From NCBI GenBank assembly GCA_016839055.1, contig JAEKNX010000014.1, forward strand, positions 68,051 to 132,050: a DNA stretch of 64,000 bases, in the 5' to 3' direction. Position 1 is the stretch's first letter. Each line of letters begins with the position of its first letter. This stretch comes from Spirochaetales bacterium. GTDB taxonomy: Bacteria > Spirochaetota > Spirochaetia > UBA9216. Shown in pieces: positions 10,181-20,325 of the stretch. Position numbers and translations under genes: made by a program. The notes under the pieces are model-generated. The model was not told the origin of the DNA, did no database searches, and worked only from the letters and a program-made list of their open reading frames with translations.

Positions 10181-11627
10181 GATTCTTGTACTGTTGTTGA
10201 TATTAGCCGTTTCAGCCTGCGGCCTGATCGACCTTTCGGTACTCAATGTTACAAGCTTCCCCGAATACCCGGATGATATCCTCAAGCCGGGAGAGCAGAT
10301 ATCCCTGCTCTTTTCCGAGCCGGTCGACAGGCTCGGAACCGAGGCCCTCTTCCACCTTACCGGCCCGGAGGGTGACTGCGACGGCTTCTTCAGCTGGGAT
10401 GACTGCAGGATGGTATTCACCCCCGATAAAAAGATGCAGCCCGGATTCAGATACTGCCTTAAATCCGATGGAGATATAAAGACCCCGGATCGAAGATCAT
10501 TTTACATAAACATCCTCCTCCCATTTTACTATGAGACCGATGCTCTGCCGCCGCTTCTTGTCGACCGGAGTCCCGCGGACGCCGAGATTACCGGGACACA
10601 GCAGCCGATAGAGCTCTGCTTCAGTAAGCCCATCTTGAAAAACATCTTCGAACAGGAATTTACAATAAGCCCGCAGACCGCTCTTGAGTACCTCTGGAAC
10701 AGCGACAGTACCGGCCTGAGGATCAGTCCGAAAAAGCAGTGGCTGAATCTGCAGTTTTATAAATGGACCATCCCGACGGACATCACCGACCATGAGGGTA
10801 TACCAATGCCTGAAGTATATTCAGGATCTTTTCTCGTCCAGCTCGACACATCGGCACCCTCTGTGATCGGCGTGCATCCCGCCAGGGACAACGAAGACGG
10901 AACTTTTTCCATACTAACCGATCTCAACCCGGATGAGCTCACACTTGGTGAACATCTCTCCCTCTCATTCAGCGAGGCCGTGGACTTCGCGAGCCTCAGG
11001 CAGTCTTTCGGCATTGATCCGTCAATTGACGGCTACCTCCTTTCGCTGACTCCCGATACGGCTTTATACTACATCGATGAGAGTCTTCCTCCGGAAACCG
11101 AATACAGGCTGAGCCTCCAGAGAGGACTTAAAGATTTAAGCGGGAACGCCGCACCCGATGACTGGGAGATGATATTTACCCCGGACATACCGACTCAGCG
11201 TATTCTGACGGTTGAAATTGAGGATGAGAACGGTCTTTTTTTAAGCCTCGATGATACATATTTCGGTAATGACGGTTATATAGATACTCCCGGGCTGAAT
11301 TATTATGATACCCAGACCCTACATTTCATTATCAGCCTGTCCCGGCCCTACCCCGATACCGCGACATCGGAAAAAGCGGCCTTTTTATCACTCATAAGTC
11401 TAACTCCCGTTTTTCCGCCCGGAACCCTCTCCCCGACTCTGTTCTCATCGACATGGGAAGGACCCGACAGCCTCAGGCTCATCTACAACGGCCTCATCTC
11501 CTTCCTGCCGGACGAACCTGTTTACTATAAATTTAAAATAAGCCCTGGCGGCCGCGACTCGGCCGCTCCCGGCGGATCCTATCTAACAGACGGGATAGAG
11601 TTCACCTTCAAAGCGGAGGCACAGTGA
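10170..11627 (+). CDS. Lipoprotein with tandem bacterial Ig-like domains (Big_5/SbsA-Ig type).
   Basis: Lipobox AVSACG. The Big_5-like pattern SLLFSEPVD...VFTPD...L.P.TEYRLSLQRGLKDLSGN recurs through the protein. Confidence 0.55.
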   Translation: MSNKILVLLLILAVSACGLIDLSVLNVTSFPEYPDDILKPGEQISLLFSEPVDRLGTEALFHLTGPEGDCDGFFSWDDCRMVFTPDKKMQPGFRYCLKSDGDIKTPDRRSFYINILLPFYYETDALPPLLVDRSPADAEITGTQQPIELCFSKPILKNIFEQEFTISPQTALEYLWNSDSTGLRISPKKQWLNLQFYKWTIPTDITDHEGIPMPEVYSGSFLVQLDTSAPSVIGVHPARDNEDGTFSILTDLNPDELTLGEHLSLSFSEAVDFASLRQSFGIDPSIDGYLLSLTPDTALYYIDESLPPETEYRLSLQRGLKDLSGNAAPDDWEMIFTPDIPTQRILTVEIEDENGLFLSLDDTYFGNDGYIDTPGLNYYDTQTLHFIISLSRPYPDTATSEKAAFLSLISLTPVFPPGTLSPTLFSSTWEGPDSLRLIYNGLISFLPDEPVYYKFKISPGGRDSAAPGGSYLTDGIEFTFKAEAQ

Positions 11628-13159
11628 TGCATAAGCTCCGCGCCGCCGTGCTGCCGCCCATTCTCCTGCTGGCCTCCTGCGGCATCTTTTTCACGACTCC
11701 GCTTGAGGTTATTCGAAACAGCCCGAAGGCGACCTCTATCTGCGATCCCGACGGACTTGAGGTTTCAATCACCTTTAACAGGGAAGTAGAGCGGATAAGG
11801 ACCGAAGAGGCCTTCAGTCTGACCTCAGGCGGCATTGAACCTCCGGGACGCATTGAATGGGAAGAGAACAAGTTGATTTTTTCTCCCTACAAGGATCTTA
11901 ACCAGAACAGCGAATATCTTCTGACGGTCTCGACCAGGGCCGAAGATCTTGCAGGCAACTCGCTGACCGAAGACTTTACACTTACATTTCGAACCGGCAG
12001 GGAAGGACAGAGGCCTAACGTCACATCGGTTAGCCCCGCTCCCTTCTCCAATATATCGGACCCGCTCTGCCCGGTTGAGATCCTCTTCGATCAGGAAATT
12101 GACCGGGACTCGATTCTCGCGGGCTTCGCAATTTCTCCGGTTACAAGCGGAATCTCTACCCTGAGTACTGACGGACTCAGGTTCACCTTCACTCCGGCGG
12201 AAGAGCTTAAATGGCAGAAGGACTACAGCCTGACAATTTCAGAGAATGTCTGCACTACCGCAGGGCGCGCTCTGGATGAGGAATACTGCTGGAGCTTCCG
12301 GGTCGGAAGTGAAGAGATTCCGCCTGACCTTATCTCAGCATCCTCGGCCGATAAATCGGTGATACTGACCCCCTCCCCCTTGGGTAATCCTTCACTCGAT
12401 ACGAACACAGGCTGGGAGAAGGACGGGGACATCCTCCTCGTCTTCTCCGAAGAGGTTGACAAAAACAGCACCGAGTCCGCCGTCACCATTGAGCCGGCTG
12501 TGCCCTTCACCATCAGCTGGGACGACGAGATGACACCTTCCGAGATGGTAATCAGCTGGGACGAGAACCTCGAATGGAAGAAGCTGTACCGACTCTCATT
12601 ATCTACAGCGCTTAAGGACCTTCAGGGAAACAATATGGAAGAACAGAAGATTTATTATCTCTACGTCGACGGAGTCCGCTCGAGGCCTCCGGCCCTCTGC
12701 AGAGTTAATCTCATCCCGGACCAGGCGGCCGTCGTCACTCTCTTCGACGCGCAGACGCCGGCAAACGGCTGCGACAGTGATCTCATCCTCGACACAACCG
12801 TCGGAGACGCGCTTCAGTCGCCCTTCTATATTGATTATTACTTCGCTCTCGCCGAAACCGCGGAACTTCCGTTTTTCGGCTTTATCTTGAACTACCTGAT
12901 AAGTCCCGATGACTCCTGCATCTCTGTAACATACCTGAACTTTCAACTTTTTAATCCGGGGGCTCCTATGACTCCGGCCGCGAACCCAAAACCTGTACCC
13001 GGAGCCGGGCAGGCAGTTGTCAGATTAATCTGCTCGGTCACCGACAGCAAGAGTACGAGCGGCAGGGTTCTCTTTCAGGTTTTCAGGGATCTTAAAGACA
13101 GCCTTGGCAACAGGATGGAGACTGACTGGAGGATGGAGCTCTTCGATGAAGATAATTGA
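11624..13159 (+). CDS. Paralogous lipoprotein with tandem bacterial Ig-like domains.
   Basis: Lipobox LLASCG. It carries the same Big_5-like motifs as the previous gene, for example NREVERIRTEEAFSLTSGG...EYLLTVSTRAEDLAGNSL. ATGA overlap with the upstream gene. Confidence 0.55.
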   Translation: MMHKLRAAVLPPILLLASCGIFFTTPLEVIRNSPKATSICDPDGLEVSITFNREVERIRTEEAFSLTSGGIEPPGRIEWEENKLIFSPYKDLNQNSEYLLTVSTRAEDLAGNSLTEDFTLTFRTGREGQRPNVTSVSPAPFSNISDPLCPVEILFDQEIDRDSILAGFAISPVTSGISTLSTDGLRFTFTPAEELKWQKDYSLTISENVCTTAGRALDEEYCWSFRVGSEEIPPDLISASSADKSVILTPSPLGNPSLDTNTGWEKDGDILLVFSEEVDKNSTESAVTIEPAVPFTISWDDEMTPSEMVISWDENLEWKKLYRLSLSTALKDLQGNNMEEQKIYYLYVDGVRSRPPALCRVNLIPDQAAVVTLFDAQTPANGCDSDLILDTTVGDALQSPFYIDYYFALAETAELPFFGFILNYLISPDDSCISVTYLNFQLFNPGAPMTPAANPKPVPGAGQAVVRLICSVTDSKSTSGRVLFQVFRDLKDSLGNRMETDWRMELFDEDN

Positions 13160-16100
13160 AGCAATCCTCCGCCGCCCGCTAGGAACCATGATGCTCTGCA
13201 TCGGGCTGTCTTTAGGCGGAGTATGGGCCGGTTTAAACATGAGACTCGACTTTCTTCCCGATTTCTCGGTTCCGAAGCTTACGGTAATAGCGCCCTACCA
13301 GGGACTTCCGGCGGATGAAATACGAACCCTAATAACGATTCCCCTTGAAGATTCTCTCTCCTCTCTCGGAGGCCTCAAAAACATAAAAAGCCTCTCACGT
13401 GACGGGCTATCACTTATCGAGCTGGAGTTCCCCTGGGGAACAGACCGGACCCTCGCAGGGATTCACTGCCGTGAGGTCATCGATCTGGCCTACCTGAGCC
13501 TTCCATCGGAGGCACCGAAGCCTCAGGTGCTCGCCGCGGATCCCGGAGATCTGCCGATTATCACCCTGGCCGTCTACCCCAAAAGCGGCAGTCTGGCTAT
13601 GGCAAGAAGGCTTGCCGGACGGGAGCTCCGCTCCAGGCTTCAGCGCATCGAGGGGGTAGGCTCAATACAGGTTGCAGGAGGGAGGGAGGAGGAGATACAT
13701 ATCAACGCGGATCCCAACCTCCTTGCAGGAAGAGGATATTCGCTTCCGGCCCTGAGCCGGGCTCTCGAAGCATCAAACATCGACTTTCCTGCCGGCACCC
13801 TGACAGAGGGAAGCCTCGAATATCTTGTAAAAACAAAGGCAAGGACAGAGAACCTCCGGGAGCTTGAAAACCTATATCTTCCCGGAGCAGAAGACGGCCT
13901 CTCAGGCTCAATTCAGCTCAAAAATGTCGCCGCGCTCGAATATGGTAAGAGCAAACAGACCTCTTTCTTCTACGCCTGGTCGGAAAGACGCAAGGCGGAA
14001 GAAGGAATAAGGGTAATGATAAGACGGCGGGGGGGCTTCTCACCCAGAAAAATGGCCGAGAATATAAACGGCGAGCTGGAGGAAATCCAGCGCAGCTTCG
14101 GCCGGGATCTGGACATAGTACTGCTGACTGACAGGTCGACCGCCCTGGACCGCTCCCTCAGGGATCTTCTGACCTCTCTCATCCTCGGTTCTCTAATTGC
14201 TTTTTTCATCCTGCTGCTCTTCATGAGGAACCTTTCTCAATCACTCATCCTCCTGTTCTCGCTGCCTTCCTCCCTGCTGTGGGCCCTTCTTCTGCTCTCA
14301 CTATGCGGGAAGAGTCTTAATCTGATGAGCCTCGGAGGGCTCGCGCTGGGGGTCGGGATGGTAGTTGATAATTCAATTGTCGTCACCGAACGCCTCGCGA
14401 GAATGACTATAAGAGGGGAAGAAAGAAGACTGAGAATTAAAACCATCGCCGAAGCGGTAAGCTCACTCGCACCCTCACTCATCGGCTCGACGGTCACAAC
14501 GGTGATTGTGTTCACCCCGCTTCTCATGGTAAGAGGACTCGCGGGCTCAATATTCGGCGACCTCGGCCTGAGCGTCATCTTCGCGCTCTTGTCTTCCCTG
14601 ATACTTTCGCTGACGGCGATTCCGGTACTCTACCTCCTGTTAAATCCAGCTGCAAAAATGAGAAAAAAACGCAGCCGGTTTTTTCCCTTCCTTAGAAAGG
14701 CTCTAAGGCTCAGCCTTCGTCATCCGGCCGCGGTGACGATCATCATCATCCTGCTCAGTGTTTCCGGTTTTTCACTTGCTGCTAAGCTGCCCAGAGAGGT
14801 AATCCCCCCGCTTAACGAAGGAAGGCTCAGCTGCTGTGTTCAGATGCCGCCGGGAACCAGCCTTGAGGCAGTCAGAAATCTCGCCGTCTCTCTAACAGAA
14901 ATTATTGCCGAGATCCCTGAGATAAAAGAAATTCACAGCTGGGCAGGGGGAGAGATAGGCGATCCGTATTACCTCAGTTCAACAAACGAGGCTGCCGAAA
15001 TAATCCAGCTGAGACTTATTTTTCCGCTTGATACTGTCGTGGAGACTCTCTCGGTAAAACTTGAGGAGATAATAAAACCGGAAGGGTGCAGTTTCATGGT
15101 TCTGCCGGAGGAAAACATTCTCGAAAATCTTCTGGGATTTAAATCAGGACAGGACTGGGTAGTTAAGGGCGATGAGCCCGATGATGTCAGAAAAGAAGCG
15201 GCGGCCCTGCTATTACGCCTTGCCGAGATCCAGGATGAGGGGATGCTGCCGGAACTCCGTCCCGGGGAAGAAAAGACCCTAATCAGGCTGTATCCGGACA
15301 GGGAGGCCCTGGTTGCAGCCGGAATAGACCTGCCCTCCCTCTCGAGACAGATTGGATACGCTCTCTACGGCAGCGTACCTACAAGAATCATTACCGAGGG
15401 ACGCGAAATTGATGTAAGGGTCCGGGTTAGAGAGGATGACAGGGACACAAAGGCCGATATTCTGGGCCTTACGCTTCCGGGCGGCGGCAGAGAGATGATC
15501 AGGGTCGGAAACCTCGTCACCCTCAGCGAAGAGGCAGCCCTGCCTTATCTTCTGCGAGAGAACCGCAAAGATTTGGGCGTTATTCACTTTCCCCGGAAGC
15601 CCGGGCCGGAGACAAGGGCCATCCTGACTGAGGGAAAAGCCTCGCCCCGAGATATTCCGGTGATAGAGACGCAGGCGGTCGAGCTTCTTAGCCTGTTCAT
15701 CCTGGCCCTAATGCTGCTGTATCTCTGCCTCGGTATCCAGTTTGAATCCTTTTCAATCCCCGTCCTCCTGATGCTGAGTGTTCCCCTCGGAGCCGCGGGA
15801 ATCTCCGCCTCGCTCGCGGTGAGCGGCGGTTCGATAAACCTCAACTCCTGCCTCGGAATCCTCGTTATAATGGGAATATCGGTGAATAATGGAATTCTTC
15901 TGTATGAGGAAAGCTCATTCAGGTTAAAAAAAACGGGCGCCACGGCGACAGGCGCGCTCTACCGGGGGACAGCCTCCAGACTGCCCCCGATAATAATGAC
16001 AAGCCTTACGACTGTCATGGCCCTTCTGCCTCTGGCAATAGATCCGAGAGGAACTTCAAGCCAAGCATCCCTTGCTGTCGCGGTGATAGGAGGCCTGTGC

Positions 16101-16187
16101 GCGGCTACAATTCTGTCGCTTCTACTTCTGCCGGGAATACTCCTGCTTCAGCTTAAAAACCGCAGGGGAAAACAGGATGCCAAGTAA
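13146..16187 (+). CDS. RND efflux transporter (AcrB/AcrD/AcrF family).
   Basis: Start trimmed to ATG 13146 (MKIIEAILRRPLGTMMLCIGL...). About 1013 aa with 12 TM helices and two large periplasmic loops, which is the AcrB signature. Confidence 0.8.
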   Translation: MKIIEAILRRPLGTMMLCIGLSLGGVWAGLNMRLDFLPDFSVPKLTVIAPYQGLPADEIRTLITIPLEDSLSSLGGLKNIKSLSRDGLSLIELEFPWGTDRTLAGIHCREVIDLAYLSLPSEAPKPQVLAADPGDLPIITLAVYPKSGSLAMARRLAGRELRSRLQRIEGVGSIQVAGGREEEIHINADPNLLAGRGYSLPALSRALEASNIDFPAGTLTEGSLEYLVKTKARTENLRELENLYLPGAEDGLSGSIQLKNVAALEYGKSKQTSFFYAWSERRKAEEGIRVMIRRRGGFSPRKMAENINGELEEIQRSFGRDLDIVLLTDRSTALDRSLRDLLTSLILGSLIAFFILLLFMRNLSQSLILLFSLPSSLLWALLLLSLCGKSLNLMSLGGLALGVGMVVDNSIVVTERLARMTIRGEERRLRIKTIAEAVSSLAPSLIGSTVTTVIVFTPLLMVRGLAGSIFGDLGLSVIFALLSSLILSLTAIPVLYLLLNPAAKMRKKRSRFFPFLRKALRLSLRHPAAVTIIIILLSVSGFSLAAKLPREVIPPLNEGRLSCCVQMPPGTSLEAVRNLAVSLTEIIAEIPEIKEIHSWAGGEIGDPYYLSSTNEAAEIIQLRLIFPLDTVVETLSVKLEEIIKPEGCSFMVLPEENILENLLGFKSGQDWVVKGDEPDDVRKEAAALLLRLAEIQDEGMLPELRPGEEKTLIRLYPDREALVAAGIDLPSLSRQIGYALYGSVPTRIITEGREIDVRVRVREDDRDTKADILGLTLPGGGREMIRVGNLVTLSEEAALPYLLRENRKDLGVIHFPRKPGPETRAILTEGKASPRDIPVIETQAVELLSLFILALMLLYLCLGIQFESFSIPVLLMLSVPLGAAGISASLAVSGGSINLNSCLGILVIMGISVNNGILLYEESSFRLKKTGATATGALYRGTASRLPPIIMTSLTTVMALLPLAIDPRGTSSQASLAVAVIGGLCAATILSLLLLPGILLLQLKNRRGKQDAK

Positions 16188-19161
16188 AAACTTTCACGAA
16201 AGCCGCGTTAGATCACGCCTCCTGCTTATCGGCCTGCTCGCGGTATCGGTAATCTTCATCAGCCGGGGAACCTTCGGAGGCCGGGGCGGAGATGAGGGAA
16301 GAATGGCGGTAATATGCCGGTATTACGGGCTTAGTCCCGAAGTAATTGAGCAGACAATAACCCTGCTGATGGAAGAATCCATAGCCGAACTGCCGGGAAT
16401 AGAAGAACTTTCGGCGTCCAGCGAATTTTCGGAATCCAGAATCGATTTAAAGCTGTCCCCGTCCACGAACCCCGATGATTTCCTATTGGAGCTGAGAGAA
16501 AGGGTAGACCGAAGCTATGCTTTTATTTCAAAGACAAGCCCCGCAATCCAAAAACCCGTTATAGTCACCTCCGGCCGACAGCAGAATGCTGTCTTCTCGG
16601 TGTCGTTCTCAAAGGACACCGAGTCATCACTAAGCCTTCGCCCCTTCATAGAAAACGAGGTAAAACCGTCATACGCACGCATAGGCGGACTCGGGGAGAT
16701 AAACGTAACCGGCGGGGCTATGCTGGAGGTTCATGTCAAAGTCGATCCGGACAGGGCATCTACCGCAGGCTTTGGCAGCTCTGATATCGCATCCATCATC
16801 CAGAGTGCAAACCTGTATCAGAGTGAGGGGGAACTCGATGACGGAAGAATGAGAATCCCTGTGACAATGGAAGCCAGGCTCAAGACCTTAGAGGCTATCC
16901 GGGACCTACCCATCGGCCGTGCTATGAAGCTCGGCAGCATTGCCGACATAAATTACGCCTGGCGAGAACCTGAAGATGTGAGCAGGCTCCAGGGAACCGA
17001 AAGGGTAAGCCTCCACGTTAAAAGCTCATCTCCAAGGCTTATCTCCATTTCGGCTCAACTGCGAAAGGAGACTGAGAAATGGGAAGAAAAAGGATTTAAC
17101 GCGGATATAATCTTTGACCAGGGCAGAGAGCTGGAGAAATCATTTCGGCGGATTGCCGCCGCCCTCCTTCTCGGTATGCTTCTATCAGGGAGTAGCCTCG
17201 TCCTGTTCGGCACCGAAGGCCGCCGAATCCTGCTTCTCTCGGCGGGGCAGCCGGTACTGCTTATTACAACTCTCGGCCTCCTGTCGGCGGCAGAGATCCC
17301 CTTCGATCACTTCCTGCTTGCCGGCATTGCAATAGGAACAGGGATGGTCCTCGATTGCGCCCTGCTGCTGACCGAATCGATAAACCGCCGCGGCCATGGA
17401 GGCCTCAGGGAAATATCCCCGGCGCTTATTTCCTCAACCCTCAGCACCCTCCTTGCCCTCCTGCCTGTGTTTCCGCTGAACCGGGAGATTCCCGGCATTC
17501 TGCCGCTTGTCCTCTCACTCGCTATAATGCTCGGCCTGTCGCTAATCCTGTCGATGGTCTTTATTCCGGCATTCTATCATCCAGAACCCTCCCTGGCCTC
17601 ATCTTTCCGGAGGCCTCTTCTTGACAGGCTGAAGGCAGGCATATTAAGAAGGAGCAGGAGAAACCCGCGGCTTTCCCTGATTCTGTATGCCGCAATTCTA
17701 TCGGCGGGAATCATCTGCCTCGCCTCGACCCCAATCAAACTCGATGAAGTCTTGAAGAACCCCGTAATATTTGCCCATCTGGAACTCGCCGAAGGCGAAA
17801 GTCTCCGTTCCTCGGATTCTAAAATCCGGGTCCTCGCAGAAGCTCTCGGCAGAGGCCCGGGAGTTGAAATGGTACAGTCCACCTCTAGGCGCTCCGGAGG
17901 AGATCTGTCTTTAAGATTTAATCCTGATAAAATAAAGAGAGAGGAAGTCCTTAAGTTCATGCGCGCTGCAGGCCGTGAGGTTCCGGGAGGTTTTCTCTAC
18001 ATCCCCGAAGGACGGGGGCGCGATAGCCTGCAGCTTGAAGTAGCGCTAACAGGGCCCGATCAAAACAGGCTTAAGAACATTGCCCGTGAGGCTCTCGGGG
18101 AGCTGCTGCACCACGATTGGGCTTTGGAAGGAGTACTTCATTTCAAGGATGATCCGCCGGCCCTCTATTACCTCCCCGACCGAAAGGCGCTAAGCAACGC
18201 GGGACTCTACCCAGCCGAACCCGCCCAATTTTTAAGGTGGAATCTCCAAGGGCCTGTTGCCGATAAATGGCAGGCCGACAGGCGGGAAAGGGACATAAGG
18301 GTAATGGCAGAGGACTCTCCCTTTCTTAGCCTGGACGATCTCAAGGCACTGACAATAGCAGGGCGGGGGGGAACCGGGCTCTACCGGCTCGATCAGCTGG
18401 GAAGCTTCATCCATACAACCGAAACATCGAGGATAAACCGGCTGAACCGGCAGCGCTCTGTCAGCTTCACTGCGGTATGCAGGAAAAGTGATCCGGCCAG
18501 GCTCAACGAGCTCATCTGGGCCGAACTCGATAAACTGCCCCTGCCTCCCGGATATGCCTTCATCCCGTCAGCCCGGCTGATGGAGAAACAGGAATTCTAT
18601 AGAAAACTATGGCGGCGCTTCGCGCTTACAGTTGTGCTGATATTCTTCCTCCTCAGCATCGAGAGAGAATCTCTCAGCCAGGCGGGCATCATCCTTCTTC
18701 CTCTGCCGCTGATTCTGGCTTTTCCTGTTATAATCCTGAGGATAAGCGGACAGAGTATAGGCTCAGAGGCCATCTTAGGCCTGATACTTCTTTCGGGAAT
18801 GGGAATAAATAACGGGATACTGATCTTAGACCGCCTTCCGCCGAAATCAAGCGGTTGGATCGGAATCAAATCCGCGGTTGAAGATCGATTTAACGGCCTC
18901 TTTCTGACGACAGTTACAACAATAACCGGCATATTACCGCTGCTTTTTACCGGAGAAGAGTTTTTCATAGGCCTTGGAACAGTCATAGCCTCCGGCCTTA
19001 TCGGCTCCTTCCTCGTAAGCCTGTTTATCTTCCCTGGACTGCTGCTTATCTTCCGAAGCAAAGGCAGGCCCTCAACCTCAGCCCCGCCGGCCTCTGTTTC
19101 GGAACTCCCCGGGGGTCATCCCGTTCTTCTCTTTAAATCCGGCATGAAACCGCTGAATTGA
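16177..19161 (+). CDS. Second, divergent RND efflux transporter. It may partner the first as a heteromeric pump.
   Basis: 994 aa with the same TM/loop architecture. It overlaps the first RND gene by 11 nt. Confidence 0.65.
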   Translation: MPSKNFHESRVRSRLLLIGLLAVSVIFISRGTFGGRGGDEGRMAVICRYYGLSPEVIEQTITLLMEESIAELPGIEELSASSEFSESRIDLKLSPSTNPDDFLLELRERVDRSYAFISKTSPAIQKPVIVTSGRQQNAVFSVSFSKDTESSLSLRPFIENEVKPSYARIGGLGEINVTGGAMLEVHVKVDPDRASTAGFGSSDIASIIQSANLYQSEGELDDGRMRIPVTMEARLKTLEAIRDLPIGRAMKLGSIADINYAWREPEDVSRLQGTERVSLHVKSSSPRLISISAQLRKETEKWEEKGFNADIIFDQGRELEKSFRRIAAALLLGMLLSGSSLVLFGTEGRRILLLSAGQPVLLITTLGLLSAAEIPFDHFLLAGIAIGTGMVLDCALLLTESINRRGHGGLREISPALISSTLSTLLALLPVFPLNREIPGILPLVLSLAIMLGLSLILSMVFIPAFYHPEPSLASSFRRPLLDRLKAGILRRSRRNPRLSLILYAAILSAGIICLASTPIKLDEVLKNPVIFAHLELAEGESLRSSDSKIRVLAEALGRGPGVEMVQSTSRRSGGDLSLRFNPDKIKREEVLKFMRAAGREVPGGFLYIPEGRGRDSLQLEVALTGPDQNRLKNIAREALGELLHHDWALEGVLHFKDDPPALYYLPDRKALSNAGLYPAEPAQFLRWNLQGPVADKWQADRRERDIRVMAEDSPFLSLDDLKALTIAGRGGTGLYRLDQLGSFIHTTETSRINRLNRQRSVSFTAVCRKSDPARLNELIWAELDKLPLPPGYAFIPSARLMEKQEFYRKLWRRFALTVVLIFFLLSIERESLSQAGIILLPLPLILAFPVIILRISGQSIGSEAILGLILLSGMGINNGILILDRLPPKSSGWIGIKSAVEDRFNGLFLTTVTTITGILPLLFTGEEFFIGLGTVIASGLIGSFLVSLFIFPGLLLIFRSKGRPSTSAPPASVSELPGGHPVLLFKSGMKPLN

Positions 19162-20208
19162 GCCGAATCCAGCCTCAAGGGCCACGGCTTCCACTGTAAT
19201 ATTACTGCTGATGAGCCTCTTCTCTGCAAAGCCCAGACGCGATAGAATTATTTCCTCATGAATACTGCGGCCTAAGACCCTTCGAAAGCGCATCTCGAGG
19301 GTCCGCCTTGATACATTAAGATATTCCGCAACCTCTCTTACCCCTAGCCCTCGCCGGGCACTTGTCCTTATATAATTCACAGCTTCTCTTATCAGCGGAT
19401 CGGGGCTTACGAAGATACGAGTAGACTCGCGTTCGGCTATCCCCTTGGGCCTGACGAGAATTTCGGAAGTATAGGTCTGCCCGTGTGACCGCCGGGTGAG
19501 AAGCGACTCCAGGAGTTCGGCAGCACGGTAGCCTATCTGTTCACAGTCAAGCTGAACACTCGAGAGGGCGGGTTCGGCCAGCTCGCAGAGGATGTCTTCA
19601 TTATCTACGCCGAGAATGGCAAGACCGGCCGGCACGGAGATTCCGAGCTGCCTGCACACCGAGGTTAATTTAACACCGGCGGTATCATTACAGGCAAATA
19701 CGGCTCCCGGCTGCGGCAGGGTAAGCAGCCATTCATTAAGCGACTCGGAGCGGTCAAGCTCTTCCCACCATTCAAGGCTGCGCTCAAAAACCGGTATTTC
19801 CTCCGCTCCTGTGGCATCGGCAAATCCCATGCGCCTCTTCTTAGACCAGCCTACCTTTTCAACACCGCAGAACGCGTAGTTTGAAAACCCCCGTTCCTTA
19901 AGATGAAGTCCGGCCTTGCGCCCTGTGAGGTAATCATCGTTGTTAACCTGGCAAAACGCGCTCCGGCTATAGGCTCCGGCAACGTCCACTACCGGCTTTC
20001 CAAGGCCGGCGAAGAGGTCCGCGTCAGTGCTTGACTCTATCCTCGTGATTATTCCGTCGCCATCCCAGCCTGTGATGTCGTCCAGCCGGCCGAACATCCA
20101 TCCATAACCTGAAAGGTTCCAGCCCTTCTCCTTCGCAAACCGGACTACGCCGCGGGCTATTCCGTGCTCATAGTAGTCGTTTATTCCCATGCAGAGCGCT
20201 ATATTCAT
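19078..20208 (-). CDS. XylR-like transcriptional regulator: periplasmic-binding-protein-like sensor domain plus AraC-type HTH.
   Basis: The C-terminus ...VEAVALEAGFGSIQRFHAGFKEKNGMTPGEFR is an AraC HTH. The N-terminus is a sugar-binding LacI/PBP-like fold. Its 3' end overlaps the RND gene convergently by 84 nt. Confidence 0.7.
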   Translation of the reverse strand: MNIALCMGINDYYEHGIARGVVRFAKEKGWNLSGYGWMFGRLDDITGWDGDGIITRIESSTDADLFAGLGKPVVDVAGAYSRSAFCQVNNDDYLTGRKAGLHLKERGFSNYAFCGVEKVGWSKKRRMGFADATGAEEIPVFERSLEWWEELDRSESLNEWLLTLPQPGAVFACNDTAGVKLTSVCRQLGISVPAGLAILGVDNEDILCELAEPALSSVQLDCEQIGYRAAELLESLLTRRSHGQTYTSEILVRPKGIAERESTRIFVSPDPLIREAVNYIRTSARRGLGVREVAEYLNVSRRTLEMRFRRVLGRSIHEEIILSRLGFAEKRLISSNITVEAVALEAGFGSIQRFHAGFKEKNGMTPGEFRNRGRRG

Positions 20209-20325
20209 CGGCGCCTCCCCTTTCTGCGCATTTCAGTATACATACTACGCATTTTGAGCATTGTTTTCCATCCCCGAGGGGTTTAAAGTTCATATGTAAA
20301 TAGGAGAAGAAAACCCAGGAGGAGT

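Noticed and set aside
19592-19879. 95-aa plus-strand ORF.
   Set aside because: It is antisense within the XylR-like regulator gene and has a Ser/Pro-rich nonsense composition.
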